Under the pieces are notes generated by a model that was given only the letters and a program-made list of their open reading frames with translations, was not told the origin of the DNA and ran no database searches. 64,000 nucleotides of DNA from Bacillota bacterium (GTDB lineage: Bacteria; Bacillota; Clostridia; Tissierellales; Peptoniphilaceae): positions 10-64,009 of the forward strand of contig JAQYCE010000050.1 in NCBI GenBank assembly GCA_029003555.1. Direction: 5' to 3'. Position 1 is the stretch's first letter. Every line of letters starts with the position of its first letter. The translations under genes were made by a program, and so were the position numbers. Below are positions 1 through 9,762 of the stretch, piece by piece.

Positions 1-762
1 TCACACCAGGCCCAGATCTTGCAGCATTGCTAAACTTTTGAACCGGTCTCGACCGGTCTGAATTTGAAAATAAGCCAGGCAGAGCCTTGCCGTGGTCCGG
101 TAAAGTTCCCTCTTCTCCTCCAGACTTCCCTCCCGGATCTCCCGGAAGGGTTGGGTCAGGTAGGCCACCAGCTCCTGATACTGGTTCATAGACAGGGTTC
201 TTTGGCCGGGACGGCCCGGGTGGTCATCGCAGACCACCCCCCCGCCATGGAGGTCAAAAACCAGGGGAAGCTTGACCCCTCCCCCACATTCCAGACAAGA
301 GCCCAGGCTGGGCCGGAAACCCACCAGGGAAACCAGCTTGAAAAGGTAGGCCCCAAGGAGCCGGGTCAGGTCACTCTCTCCCGCCTCCTCCACAATTCCT
401 AAATAGGTCACCATGAAATCATACAGGATGGGGTCCCCCTCTGTAAAGACTACCGAGGTCAGGGCCTCGACGGAAAACTCCGTCAGGGCCAGGCGTCGGA
501 TGGACTTCCGGAGACCCAGGTGGGCGTTTTGGATTTGCCCGTCCTTGAAATAGTACATGGACCGACCGGGCTGGAGGTTATAACGCCCCTCCACATAGGG
601 TTGGGTCAGGTTGAGGGAAGGGGACTTATCCCTTCTTGCCCCCCGGGCCATGAAGGAAATCCGCCCCTGGTCCCGGGCAAGAAGGTCCACGATCCGGGAA
701 GAGTCTTTGATGTTGTAGGCCCGAAGAACCAGGCCCTCCACATTTTTCAAATCCTGCTTCAT
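1..762 (-). CDS. recO: DNA repair protein RecO
   Basis: N-terminal OB-fold 'EGLVLR...SRIVDLLARDQGRISFMARGARR', Zn-finger 'CLECG...VVCDDH', canonical position after era. Confidence 0.9.
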   Translation of the reverse strand: MKQDLKNVEGLVLRAYNIKDSSRIVDLLARDQGRISFMARGARRDKSPSLNLTQPYVEGRYNLQPGRSMYYFKDGQIQNAHLGLRKSIRRLALTEFSVEALTSVVFTEGDPILYDFMVTYLGIVEEAGESDLTRLLGAYLFKLVSLVGFRPSLGSCLECGGGVKLPLVFDLHGGGVVCDDHPGRPGQRTLSMNQYQELVAYLTQPFREIREGSLEEKRELYRTTARLCLAYFQIQTGRDRFKSLAMLQDLGLV

Positions 763-770
763 GCTGCCCC

Positions 771-2159
771 TCAGTTTTGTTTCAGGCCCCGGTCATCGGA
801 CCCGTAGCCGAAAGAGTCAATCAGTCGCCCCTTCTGCCGCCAATTCTTCTCTATTTTAACCCAAAGTTTGAGGTTGACCCGGCATTGGAGGAAGTTTTCG
901 ATGTCCCGCCGGGCCTGGGTCCCGATTTTCTTGAGCATGGCCCCGCCCTTGCCGATGACGATTCCCTTATGGGAGGTCTGGTCCACCACGATGGTGGCAT
1001 AGATATCCACCAGGTCCCCGGTCTTCCGGTAAGTCATCTGGTCGATGGCCACATAGATCCCGTGGGGGACCTCCTGGGCCAGGTTCTTCAGGCACTTCTC
1101 CCGGATGAGCTCGGCAACAATAAAGCGCTCGGACCGGTCAGTGACCATATCCTCCGGATAGTAGGCCGGGCCGGGAGGAAGGGCTTCATAGAGGGCCTCC
1201 TTGACCCGGTCCAGGCCCTCCCCCTCCTTGGCTGAGCAGAGGATGACCCGGTCGAAGGTCCCCATCTTCTCATAGCGGTCGGATACCGCAAAAAGAAGGA
1301 GATCCTCCGCCTGATCCGCCTTGTTGATGAGGCAGATCTTGGGGAGCTTTACCCCTTCCAGGTAGTCCAGGAGGAGGCTGTCCAGCCGGCCCGCTTCCGG
1401 GGAGGGATCCGTGATGTAGATGACCAAATCCACCCCATTCACTGCATCCCGGCTCATCTTGAGCATGGCCTCCCCCAACTTGTTCTTGGGGGTCTGGTAG
1501 CCCGGCGTATCGGTGAAGATGACCTGCATCCGGTCATCGGTGTAAATCAGCTTGATCTCATTTCGGGTGGTCTGGGCCTTGTTAGAGGTGATGGTGAGCT
1601 TCTCCCCCATGAGGGCATTTAAGAGGGTGGACTTCCCCACATTGGGCCGGCCCAGGATGGTCACATAGCCCGAGTGGAAGGGGACTTCCGCCTCCCGGGA
1701 AAGGCCCAGCCGGTCCATGACGGCCTCTTCCTTGGCCCGCATAACCGCCTTATCCTCCTCCCTCTCATGGTCATAGCCCAGGAGGTGGAGGAGGGAGTGG
1801 ACAGCCAGGTAGGCAGACTCCCGATCCTCAGAGTGGCCATAGTCCAGAGCCTGGGTCCGGACCCGGTCCTGGTTGATGACGATATCCCCCAGGATGGCCA
1901 GGCGGCCCTGGTCCTTCAGGGCCGGAATCTCCTCCGGCTCATGGGCGGGAAAGGAGAGGACATCCGTTTCCTGATCCACCCCCCGGTAGTCCCGGTTGAG
2001 GGCCCGGATCTCCTCCCCCTCCACGAAAGACAGGGAGAGGGTGACATCCTCCTCAATCCCTTCCATGGAGAGGGCCGTCGACAGGGCCTCCTCTAGAAGG
2101 TCCCGCCGGGCCTGGCTCAGGCTTAGATTCTTATCCCGATTATCAATATCTACGATCAT
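771..2159 (-). CDS. ybeY-era: YbeY rRNA-maturation endoribonuclease fused in frame to GTPase Era
   Basis: aa 1-155 YbeY (NRDYRG..TDVLSFP, LGDIVI, HSLLHLLGYDH); aa ~161-462 Era (GRPNVGKST, DTPG, NKAD, KH domain 'HKGIVIGKGG'); no stop codon between them. Confidence 0.92.
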   Translation of the reverse strand: MIVDIDNRDKNLSLSQARRDLLEEALSTALSMEGIEEDVTLSLSFVEGEEIRALNRDYRGVDQETDVLSFPAHEPEEIPALKDQGRLAILGDIVINQDRVRTQALDYGHSEDRESAYLAVHSLLHLLGYDHEREEDKAVMRAKEEAVMDRLGLSREAEVPFHSGYVTILGRPNVGKSTLLNALMGEKLTITSNKAQTTRNEIKLIYTDDRMQVIFTDTPGYQTPKNKLGEAMLKMSRDAVNGVDLVIYITDPSPEAGRLDSLLLDYLEGVKLPKICLINKADQAEDLLLFAVSDRYEKMGTFDRVILCSAKEGEGLDRVKEALYEALPPGPAYYPEDMVTDRSERFIVAELIREKCLKNLAQEVPHGIYVAIDQMTYRKTGDLVDIYATIVVDQTSHKGIVIGKGGAMLKKIGTQARRDIENFLQCRVNLKLWVKIEKNWRQKGRLIDSFGYGSDDRGLKQN

Positions 2160-2168
2160 TTTTCCCGC

Positions 2169-3224
2169 CTACTTGTTCCTTCCCCGGTCCTTCGACCGGT
2201 CTCCCTTAGCCTTCTTTGGGAACCCCTTCCCCGGACCATGGCCGCCCCCCTGGCTGCCTTCATACTTCTCAAAGGCATCGATCACTTTTTGGACCAGAGG
2301 GTGGCGGACCACATCCGCCCGGTTGAAGTAGCAGAAGGCAATTCCATCAATATCCCGGAGGATATGCTGGATGGTTTTCAGGCCGGAGGACTTCCCATTG
2401 GGCAGGTCCACCTGGGTGATATCCCCGGTGATAACCGCCTTGGACCCGTAACCCATCCGGGTCAGGAACATCTTCATCTGCTGGGGGGTGGTGTTTTGGG
2501 CCTCATCCAGGACAATAAAGGAGTTGTCCAGGGTCCGGCCCCGCATATAGGCCAGGGGAGCTACCTCGATCAGGCCCCTTTCCTTGAGTTTGAGGTAAGT
2601 GTCATTACCCAGGATTTCGAAAAGAGCATCGTAAAGGGGACGGAGGTAGGGGTCAATCTTCTCCTGGAGGTCACCCGGCAAGAAGCCCAGGCTCTCCCCG
2701 GCTTCCACGGCCGGACGGGTCAGGATGATCCGTGACACCTGGCCTGCCTTAAAGGCCTTGACGGCCATGGCCATGGCAAGATAGGTCTTTCCGGTCCCGG
2801 CAGGACCGATCCCGAAGGTATATCCGTTCTCATTGATGGCATCCACATACCGCTTCTGTCCGATGGTCTTGGCCCGGATGGGCTTGCCTCGGGAAGTGGT
2901 GACGATGACATCCTTGAGCATATTCCCCACAGGAAGGTCGGCATCCTGATCCTGAACATCCAAAAGATAAGTTACTTCTTCCTTGGTCACATAATCCTGC
3001 CGATGGATAATCTCCTCCATGGAGTCGAGAACGGCTCGGGTAGCCTGGAGGTCGTAGTCCTCCCCGGTAATTTCCAGCTGGCCATCCTTGACCCGGATGG
3101 TCACGTCGTAGCGGTCCTCGATCAGTTTTTTATTTTCATCCAAATGCCCAAACAAGGCCGGGGTGTCCTCGCCCCGGCCTGATTGGTCCTGCCAAATCAC
3201 TGTCGACATAAACTCTTGAATCAC
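2169..3224 (-). CDS. phoH: PhoH family ATPase (YbeZ-like)
   Basis: GPAGTGKT, LTRPAVEAGESLGFLPGD, YMRGRT, DEAQN motifs; start codon uncertain (3224 GTG or 3209 ATG). Confidence 0.93.
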   Translation of the reverse strand: MIQEFMSTVIWQDQSGRGEDTPALFGHLDENKKLIEDRYDVTIRVKDGQLEITGEDYDLQATRAVLDSMEEIIHRQDYVTKEEVTYLLDVQDQDADLPVGNMLKDVIVTTSRGKPIRAKTIGQKRYVDAINENGYTFGIGPAGTGKTYLAMAMAVKAFKAGQVSRIILTRPAVEAGESLGFLPGDLQEKIDPYLRPLYDALFEILGNDTYLKLKERGLIEVAPLAYMRGRTLDNSFIVLDEAQNTTPQQMKMFLTRMGYGSKAVITGDITQVDLPNGKSSGLKTIQHILRDIDGIAFCYFNRADVVRHPLVQKVIDAFEKYEGSQGGGHGPGKGFPKKAKGDRSKDRGRNK

Positions 3225-3229
3225 TCTCC

Positions 3230-3613
3230 TTATCTTCTTCGCGCTTTCGGGGGGCCCAGAATTTCTTTCCAGACCAGAGCCTTTCGCATCTCTTCCCGGG
3301 AGAGGCGGCTGACCTTGGAAAAACGGGGATCCCTTTCCATGACCTCGGTCTCCTCCCTGCTTTCTTCTTTATAGTCACGGAAGGTCTGGCGGGATTCCTG
3401 GATGACCCGGCGGGCTTCCTCTTTATTTGCTCGAGACCTTTCTTCAGCCAGACTGGCGCTTTCCTGGTCCCGGGAAGAGGCCTCGGCTGACTTTTTGGCG
3501 GTCTTCTTTCGCTTCCGGGCCTTGCCGACTTTTTGGGCCTGCAAGGCTTCCTGGGCCTTCTGGGCTTCCTTCAGTTCCTCTTCCAAGCGGTCTAAAAAAG
3601 CTTTTATGGACAT
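3230..3613 (-). CDS. Hypothetical charged coiled-coil protein (YqfB-like position)
   Basis: Follows floA; C-terminal 'KALVWKEILGPPKA' typical of YqfB-like proteins; AAGG RBS. Confidence 0.7.
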   Translation of the reverse strand: MSIKAFLDRLEEELKEAQKAQEALQAQKVGKARKRKKTAKKSAEASSRDQESASLAEERSRANKEEARRVIQESRQTFRDYKEESREETEVMERDPRFSKVSRLSREEMRKALVWKEILGPPKARRR

Positions 3614-3644
3614 GATTCGTCCCTTCTTTTTTTACCGGTAACCA

Positions 3645-4637
3645 CTATTTTTCTTCATCGCCGTCGTGCTTCTCATTGCCGGCGATGGAATCCCGCATCC
3701 GGGTGTCGGATTGGATGTTGTTCATGTTGTAGTAGTCCATAACACCCAGGTTTCCGGACCGGAGGGCTTCGGAAAGGGCTCTGGGCACTTCGGCCTCCGC
3801 CTCGACTACCTTGGCCCGCTGGCGGCGGATCTCGGCGATCATCTCCTGCTCGGCAGCAACGGCCTGGGCCCGTCTCTCCTCGGCCTTAGCCTGGGAAATC
3901 CGCTTATCCGCTTCCGCCTGGTCTGTCTGGAGCTTGGCCCCGATGTTCCGGCCCACGTCGACATCAGCGATGTCGATGGAGAGGATTTCAAAAGCCGTCC
4001 CGGAATCCAGGCCCTTGTTCAAGACCGTTTTTGAAATGTTGTCCGGGTTCTCCAGGACCTCGGTGTGGGATTCGGAGGAACCTACCGTGGTGACAATCCC
4101 TTCGCCGACACGGGCGATGATGGTGGCCTCGCCGGCACCACCGACCAGGCGCTGGATGTTGGCCCGGACGGTGACCTTGGCCTTGACCATGACTTCAATC
4201 CCGTTTTTGGCCACGGCGGCGATGGTCGGGGTCTCGATGACCTTGGGGTTGACGGAAACCTGGACTCCTTCAAAGACATTCCGGCCGGCCAGGTCGATGG
4301 CCGTGGCTTCTTTGAAGTCCAGGGCGATGTTGGCTCTTTGGGCGGCAATCAGGGCATCAATGACCGAGTTGACCCGCCCGCCGGCCAGGTAGTGGGCTTC
4401 CAGCTCGCCAATGTCGAGCTTGAGGCCGGCCTTGGTGGCTTTGATCATGGGGTTGACGATCTTCGAAGGATTGACCCGGCGGAGCCGCATGCCGATCAAG
4501 TCGGAAATCCCTACAGGAACGCCTGAAAAACGGGCGGTTATCCAAAGTCCCACGGGGACAAAGGAGAAAAAGAGGGATAAAAAGACGATAACGATAATGA
4601 CGATGGGGATGTAGCCCAGGGATAGTCCAAAAGGCAT
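3645..4637 (-). CDS. floA: Flotillin-like protein FloA (YqfA)
   Basis: 'LEAHYLAGG', 'AIDLAGR', '[20 protein letters not shown]', 'LSIDIAD'; AGGAGG RBS. Confidence 0.93.
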   Translation of the reverse strand: MPFGLSLGYIPIVIIVIVFLSLFFSFVPVGLWITARFSGVPVGISDLIGMRLRRVNPSKIVNPMIKATKAGLKLDIGELEAHYLAGGRVNSVIDALIAAQRANIALDFKEATAIDLAGRNVFEGVQVSVNPKVIETPTIAAVAKNGIEVMVKAKVTVRANIQRLVGGAGEATIIARVGEGIVTTVGSSESHTEVLENPDNISKTVLNKGLDSGTAFEILSIDIADVDVGRNIGAKLQTDQAEADKRISQAKAEERRAQAVAAEQEMIAEIRRQRAKVVEAEAEVPRALSEALRSGNLGVMDYYNMNNIQSDTRMRDSIAGNEKHDGDEEK

Positions 4638-4705
4638 AAGTGACCTCCTTATTTTTTTATGAGTGCATTGATGGAAAAGGGGCCGGCTTGACTCTGCCGG
4701 TCCTT

Positions 4706-5335
4706 TTACTTCTTCTTGGGACGGACAAGGATCCTTCCGTCCGAGACTTCATAGATTTCAATAGGGGCTTGGCTTTCAATAAACTCCCCCTGGCTCATGG
4801 CATCCAGCTTTTGGTCGCCAACCAGGATCCTTCCGGAGGGGCGGAGGGGAGTCAGAGCGATCCCTTCCTTTCCTAAAAGAGCTTCCGGATTCTTCCGGGC
4901 CAGGAAGCCTTCTTCCGAGCTCAGCTTGGCGTCGAGAACGGATTGGGTAAAAAGCTTGCTGGTAAAACCGGCTTTGACCAGGATAAAGCCCAGTCCCAGA
5001 CCGGCAAGGACCCCTGTGGCCAGCGTCGTCAGACCCAGTCCGGGATTTTCAGCGGATTGGGTGATGGCGATGAAGAGAAGGATGGTCCCGGTGATACCGG
5101 GCAGGCCGAAACCGGGAAGGACCGCCTCAAAGACCAGGAGGACCAGGCCCGCCACAAAGAGGATGATCTCCAGGGTCGAGCAATAGCCGGCCTGGATGGA
5201 ATAGTAAAGATAGCCTCCTATGGCCAAGGCACCGAGAAATCCCAGGATACCGTGGCTGGGTAAGAAAACCTCTGCTACGATGAGAAGGATGGCCAGGATA
5301 AGAAGAATACTGGCAAGCATTGATGGAGTCATCAT
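4706..5335 (-). CDS. NfeD family membrane protein (short form, no protease domain)
   Basis: Hydrophobic N-terminus with 'E..LPGFGLPG', C-terminal OB '[14 protein letters not shown]'; upstream of floA. Confidence 0.85.
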   Translation of the reverse strand: MMTPSMLASILLILAILLIVAEVFLPSHGILGFLGALAIGGYLYYSIQAGYCSTLEIILFVAGLVLLVFEAVLPGFGLPGITGTILLFIAITQSAENPGLGLTTLATGVLAGLGLGFILVKAGFTSKLFTQSVLDAKLSSEEGFLARKNPEALLGKEGIALTPLRPSGRILVGDQKLDAMSQGEFIESQAPIEIYEVSDGRILVRPKKK

Positions 5336-5456
5336 TCCTCCTTTCTAAAAAACTTCAAATTTACAGATTTAAGGCCGGGAAATTCCAACTTCCCCAGCAC
5401 TTCTATTATACCCTAGATTATGGGCCTACCCAAATGGTCCCTTATCGGCCCAGGGC

Positions 5457-5490
5457 AAAAAAAGACTGTGCAGGCAAACTGCACAGTCTT
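5457..5490 (-). terminator. Intrinsic terminator after rpsU
   Basis: 12-bp stem AAGACTGTGCAG/CTGCACAGTCTT followed by a U-tract on the minus strand. Confidence 0.8.
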
Positions 5491-5556
5491 CTCGACAGGT
5501 TCCGGCAACCGGAGCCTGAAAATCATCGATAAAAAAATTCTGTCGTATGATTTTGC

Positions 5557-5739
5557 TTATTTTCTCTTCCGGTTCTTGCGCTTGGCCGCGTCGTTCTTCT
5601 TCTTACGAATCACCGAAGGCTTTTCGTAGTGTTCACGCTTGCGGTACTCAGCAAGAGTGCCTGCACGAGCACAGGAACGCTTAAATCTTTTGAGAGCACT
5701 TTCAATGGATTCATTCTCTCGAACGTGAATCTCTGGCAA
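5557..5739 (-). CDS. rpsU: 30S ribosomal protein S21
   Basis: '[28 protein letters not shown]'; likely TTG start at 5739 after GGGGGTGA RBS. Confidence 0.95.
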   Translation of the reverse strand: MPEIHVRENESIESALKRFKRSCARAGTLAEYRKREHYEKPSVIRKKKNDAAKRKNRKRK

Positions 5740-5784
5740 ATTCTCACCCCCTTGGAGCAAAATAAATACAAATCATTATACAAC

Positions 5785-5813
5785 GGGAAATGGTAGAATG
5801 CAAGCCATCACAG
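5785..5813 (-). promoter_or_regulatory. sigma-A promoter of rpsU
   Basis: TTGCAT-N17-TATAAT on the minus strand. Confidence 0.65.
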
Positions 5814-5834
5814 ACCGGCCCCTCTTCTCGCCAA

Positions 5835-6179
5835 TTAATGGTCAAATCCGGGGAAGCGGATAGGTTCTCCTGCTAAAACATGGATATGGAGGTGGTGGAT
5901 GGACTGGTTGCCGTTCTCTCCCACATTGGAGATGACCCGGTAGCCCTCTTTTGCGAAGCCCTCTTTTTCCGCCACTTCATGAATGGCGGCGAAGAGCTTG
6001 CCCATGATAGAAAAATCATCCAAGGCCTGGACGGATTCCAGGTGGGCCTTGGGGATGAAAAGATAGTGGATCTTGGCCATCGGCTCCATATCTTTGAAGG
6101 CAAAGACGTCTTCATTTTCATAGACCACTTCCGTAGGAATCTCTTTATTGGCTAGCTTACAGAAAATGCAATCCGACAT
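5835..6179 (-). CDS. HIT family nucleotide hydrolase
   Basis: 'DCIFCK' and 'HHLHIHVLAG' histidine triad; ATG at 6179 after AGGAGG. Confidence 0.92.
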   Translation of the reverse strand: MSDCIFCKLANKEIPTEVVYENEDVFAFKDMEPMAKIHYLFIPKAHLESVQALDDFSIMGKLFAAIHEVAEKEGFAKEGYRVISNVGENGNQSIHHLHIHVLAGEPIRFPGFDH

Positions 6180-6189
6180 GACAACCTCC

Positions 6190-7515
6190 TTATTGTTCGG
6201 GTTCAAAGTGGAGGAGGTCCCCCTCCCTTTTCCCTATTCTACCTGAAATGAGCCGGTTGACCCAAGTTTCTTTTCTTTCCATCCGAACCCGGAGGTAATT
6301 TCCCGTATACCCTTCCATCATGGTCTCATCCTCCCCTTCTTCGAAGAGGACTTGGGCCTCCTCCCCTTCCATCCGGTCCATGAAGGCATGGCGGAGGGCG
6401 ATTTCCCGCTCTGCCAGGCGGACGGCCCGGTCTTTTTTGACGGAAGCGGGAACCTGGTCTGTGAAAAGGGCGGCCGGGGTTCCCTCTCTCTTGGAATAGG
6501 GGAAGATGTGGATTTTGGAAAAGCCGACCTCATCCACGAAGGCAAGGGTGTCTTGGAAGTCCTCCTCCGTCTCGCCCGGAAAGCCCACGATGACATCGGT
6601 CGTCAATCCGGCCCGGGGAAAGACCCGGCGGATTTCCTCAATCTTCTCCAGGTAAAGGGCCTTGTCGTACTTTCGGTTCATGGCTTCCAGGATCTTGTCC
6701 GACCCTGACTGGAGGGAGAGGTGGAAGTGGTCAGCAAATTTCCCGCATGCCTTGAGCCTTTGGAGCTTTTCAGGGGTCACCCACCGGGGCTCGATGGAGG
6801 AAAGGCGGATCCTCTCCACCCCCGGAATCGCAGCCACCGCCTCCACCAGGTCGATGAGGTCCTTGGGCCTTTCGGCATTCTCCGGGCTCTCGGCCGTTCT
6901 TTCCTTCCCATAGGAGGCCACATGGATCCCCGTGAGAACATACTCCTTGATCCCCTTGGCAACCAGACGGCGGACCTCCTCAAGGATGGCATCCTGGTCT
7001 CTGGAGGCCATATGGCCCCGGGCATAGGGGATGATGCAGTAGGAGCAGTACATCTCGCAGCCCTCCTGGACTTTGATGGCTGCCCTGGTGGTGGAGAGCT
7101 CGGTGGAAATGCCCAGCTCGTCAAAGGTCCGGACCTGGTTGAGGTCGACCAGGTCCTCCACCTTCTTCCCGGTCGCCGCCACCTCCTCCACGGCATCCAC
7201 AATCCGGTCCCTTCGCTTGGTTCCGATGAGGACATCCACTCCCCCGATGGCCCGGACAGTTTCCGGGGCCACCTGGACATAGCAGCCCACTACAGCTACC
7301 AGGGCATGGGGATTCTTCCGCTTGGCCCGACGGATGGCCTGGCGGCACTTGGCATCGGCCACATGGGTCACGGTACAGGTGTTGATGACAAAGACATCCG
7401 CCCCTTCATCCTTCCCCACCGGCCGGTAGCCCCGGTCCAGGAAGGCCTCTTCCATGGCCTCCGACTCATATTGGTTGACCTTGCAACCCAGGGTGTAAAA
7501 AGCAACGGTCTTCAT
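6190..7515 (-). CDS. mtaB: tRNA t6A37 methylthiotransferase MtaB
   Basis: 'TLGCKVNQYE', 'NTCTVT', radical-SAM 'GCEMYCSYC', TRAM-like C-terminus; position after prmA. Confidence 0.93.
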   Translation of the reverse strand: MKTVAFYTLGCKVNQYESEAMEEAFLDRGYRPVGKDEGADVFVINTCTVTHVADAKCRQAIRRAKRKNPHALVAVVGCYVQVAPETVRAIGGVDVLIGTKRRDRIVDAVEEVAATGKKVEDLVDLNQVRTFDELGISTELSTTRAAIKVQEGCEMYCSYCIIPYARGHMASRDQDAILEEVRRLVAKGIKEYVLTGIHVASYGKERTAESPENAERPKDLIDLVEAVAAIPGVERIRLSSIEPRWVTPEKLQRLKACGKFADHFHLSLQSGSDKILEAMNRKYDKALYLEKIEEIRRVFPRAGLTTDVIVGFPGETEEDFQDTLAFVDEVGFSKIHIFPYSKREGTPAALFTDQVPASVKKDRAVRLAEREIALRHAFMDRMEGEEAQVLFEEGEDETMMEGYTGNYLRVRMERKETWVNRLISGRIGKREGDLLHFEPEQ

Positions 7516-8480
7516 GCCTGTCCCGTCCATTCTAAAACAAGTCCGGCCCATTCCCCCTTGACCCGGTCTTCAAGGACCCGGTAGCCCAGGCCCTCGGCTT
7601 GGGTCCGGATGGCTTCCGCCTGGTCAGCCAAAAGGCCGGAGAGGATGATCCCGGCACCCGGCCGGAGGACCCGGTGGAAGTCCGGGAGGAGGCGGACCAA
7701 AAGAGGATAGAGGAGGTTGGCCGCTACCAGGTCAAAGGTCCCCTCCACCCGGTCCAAAAGATCGGAGACATAAAAAGAAATGTCCAGGTCCCGATCCTGG
7801 ATTCCGACATTTTTCCGAGCGGTCCGGATGGCATCAGGGTCGATATCCGTCCCCTCCACAGGTCCGGCTCCCTGGAGGGCGGCATAGATGGCTAAAATTC
7901 CTGAGCCTGTCCCTAAGTCCAGGAAGGCCTTGCCCTTGAAGTCCATTTCCTCCATAAATTCCAGGGAGACCAGGGTGGTTTCATGGGAGCCTGACCCGAA
8001 GGCCATGCCGGGATCGATTTTGATGACCTCCCTGTCCCCTCCTTCTTCCTCCATCCAGGCGGGGAGGATCCGGATGGTCCGGCCCACATCCAGGGGCTTA
8101 TAGAAGGACCGCCAGCTTTCATTCCAATGGCTGTTGTCGACGGTTCCCTCTTCGATAATCAGGACGGCCTCCCCATACTGCTCATAGACCTGGCGCTCCG
8201 CCCGGTCCAATTTGGCCAGGGACTTTTTGTCCGTCATGAAGAAAATTCTCTGGGCCATGAAGCCTTCCCGGATTTCCTGGCCCAGGTCCTTCTCCTGGGC
8301 CCGGAGCAATTCCTCCCGATTGGAGAGCTCCCACTCGGCCGCCCGCTTCCGGTAGCTTTCAATGGTTTCAGGGTCGATAACCTCCGACCCGATCATGCCT
8401 GCTTCCATGAAGAGGAGGTTGATCAGGTCGTTGTCCTCCCGGGGATAGATGACCAGGAGGGAAAAATAGTCTTGGCTCAT
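7512..8480 (-). CDS. prmA: Ribosomal protein L11 methyltransferase
   Basis: 'IDPGMAFGSGSHETT', 'LDLGTGSGILA', 'ANL'. Confidence 0.93.
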   Translation of the reverse strand: MSQDYFSLLVIYPREDNDLINLLFMEAGMIGSEVIDPETIESYRKRAAEWELSNREELLRAQEKDLGQEIREGFMAQRIFFMTDKKSLAKLDRAERQVYEQYGEAVLIIEEGTVDNSHWNESWRSFYKPLDVGRTIRILPAWMEEEGGDREVIKIDPGMAFGSGSHETTLVSLEFMEEMDFKGKAFLDLGTGSGILAIYAALQGAGPVEGTDIDPDAIRTARKNVGIQDRDLDISFYVSDLLDRVEGTFDLVAANLLYPLLVRLLPDFHRVLRPGAGIILSGLLADQAEAIRTQAEGLGYRVLEDRVKGEWAGLVLEWTGQA

Positions 8481-8481
8481 A

Positions 8482-9612
8482 TCAATCAAAAATGTCCTTT
8501 ACCTTGTCCCAAAAACTGTGGGACTCTTCGCTCTCTTCCCCCATGGCCGCCTGGAAAGCCCGGAGGGCTTCCTTTTGCTCGCTGTTGAGCTTCTTGGGGG
8601 TGACGATGTTGACACGGAAATGGAGGTCCCCCTTCTGGCCCGAACGGACATTGGGGACTCCTTCCTTCTTTATGGTGAATAGGCTGCCGGTCTGGGTGCC
8701 GGCCGGGAGATCAAAGGAGAGCTTGTCCTCCAGGCCGGGAACCTGGATGGTGTCGCCCAGGGCGGCCTGGCTGAACCGGATGGGGAGGTCCAAGTAAAGG
8801 TCGGATCCCCGCCGGGTAAAGACCTCCGAAGGGGCCACACGGAGAATGACATAGACGTCCCCGGCCACCCCGCCGTTAACCCCATCATGACCCTGGCCCC
8901 GGATGGGGAGGATATTGCCATCATCCACCCCGGCCGGAATATCAACCGAGATGGTGGTCTCCTTCTTGACCCGGCCCTGGCCATGGCAGTCCTTGCAGGG
9001 CTTCTCAATGATGAAGCCCTCCCCATGACAGCGAGGACAGGTGGTCTGGTTGACCATCCGGCCGAAGGGGGTCCGGACCTCCTGGGCCATCATCCCCGAC
9101 CCCTGGCAGGAGGGGCAGGTCTTCTTCTCGCTGCCGGGCTCAGCCCCCTTTCCATGGCAGTGGTCACAAGTCCGGAAGCGGCGGAGCTTAATCTTTTTTG
9201 TCGTTCCAAAAACCGCTTCCTTAAAGGTTAAATTGACCTCCACCCGGACATCCTCCCCCGGCCGGGGAGCGTTGGGGTCCTGGCGGCGCTGGCGGCCACC
9301 CCCGCCGAAGAGGTCGGAAAAGAGGTCGCCGAAAATATCCGTGGGATCAAAGCCGAAACCCCCGGAAAATCCGCCTCCTCCCATGCCTCCATTTTCAAAA
9401 GCAGCAGCTCCGTAGCGGTCGTACATCTGACGTTTTTCATCGTCCTGCAAAATATCGTAGGCCGAGGAGAGTTCCTTAAACTTCTCCGCCGCCTCCTCAT
9501 TTCCGGGATTGAGGTCCGGATGGTATTTTTTAGCCTTGGTCCGATAGGCTCTTTTTATGGTCTGTTTATCGGCGTTTTTTTCAACGCCCAAGACCTGGTA
9601 GGGATCTTTCAA
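8482..9612 (-). CDS. dnaJ: Chaperone DnaJ
   Basis: J domain with HPD, G/F region, four CxxCxGxG repeats; probable TTG start at 9612 after AAAGGAG. Confidence 0.96.
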   Translation of the reverse strand: MKDPYQVLGVEKNADKQTIKRAYRTKAKKYHPDLNPGNEEAAEKFKELSSAYDILQDDEKRQMYDRYGAAAFENGGMGGGGFSGGFGFDPTDIFGDLFSDLFGGGGRQRRQDPNAPRPGEDVRVEVNLTFKEAVFGTTKKIKLRRFRTCDHCHGKGAEPGSEKKTCPSCQGSGMMAQEVRTPFGRMVNQTTCPRCHGEGFIIEKPCKDCHGQGRVKKETTISVDIPAGVDDGNILPIRGQGHDGVNGGVAGDVYVILRVAPSEVFTRRGSDLYLDLPIRFSQAALGDTIQVPGLEDKLSFDLPAGTQTGSLFTIKKEGVPNVRSGQKGDLHFRVNIVTPKKLNSEQKEALRAFQAAMGEESEESHSFWDKVKDIFD

Positions 9613-9715
9613 GACAGGCTCCTTTCTCATGGCTCATATCTACCCATTATAAGGGAAATCGGCAAAAATCCACAAGCCCGGGGAGGGAAAAGCTCCCTTT
9701 CCCGCCTTCTCCAAG

Positions 9716-9746
9716 AAAAAAGAGCCGGAGCTAGGCTCCGGCCCTC
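9716..9746 (-). terminator. Intrinsic terminator between dnaK and dnaJ
   Basis: GCCGGAGC-N3-GCTCCGGC stem followed by TCTTTTTT on the minus strand. Confidence 0.65.
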
Positions 9747-9762
9747 GTCAGCATCTTTCCGA

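Noticed and set aside
2169-2260. Gly/Lys/Arg-rich tail on PhoH
   Set aside because: Variable low-complexity tails are common in PhoH proteins; nothing else suggests a function.
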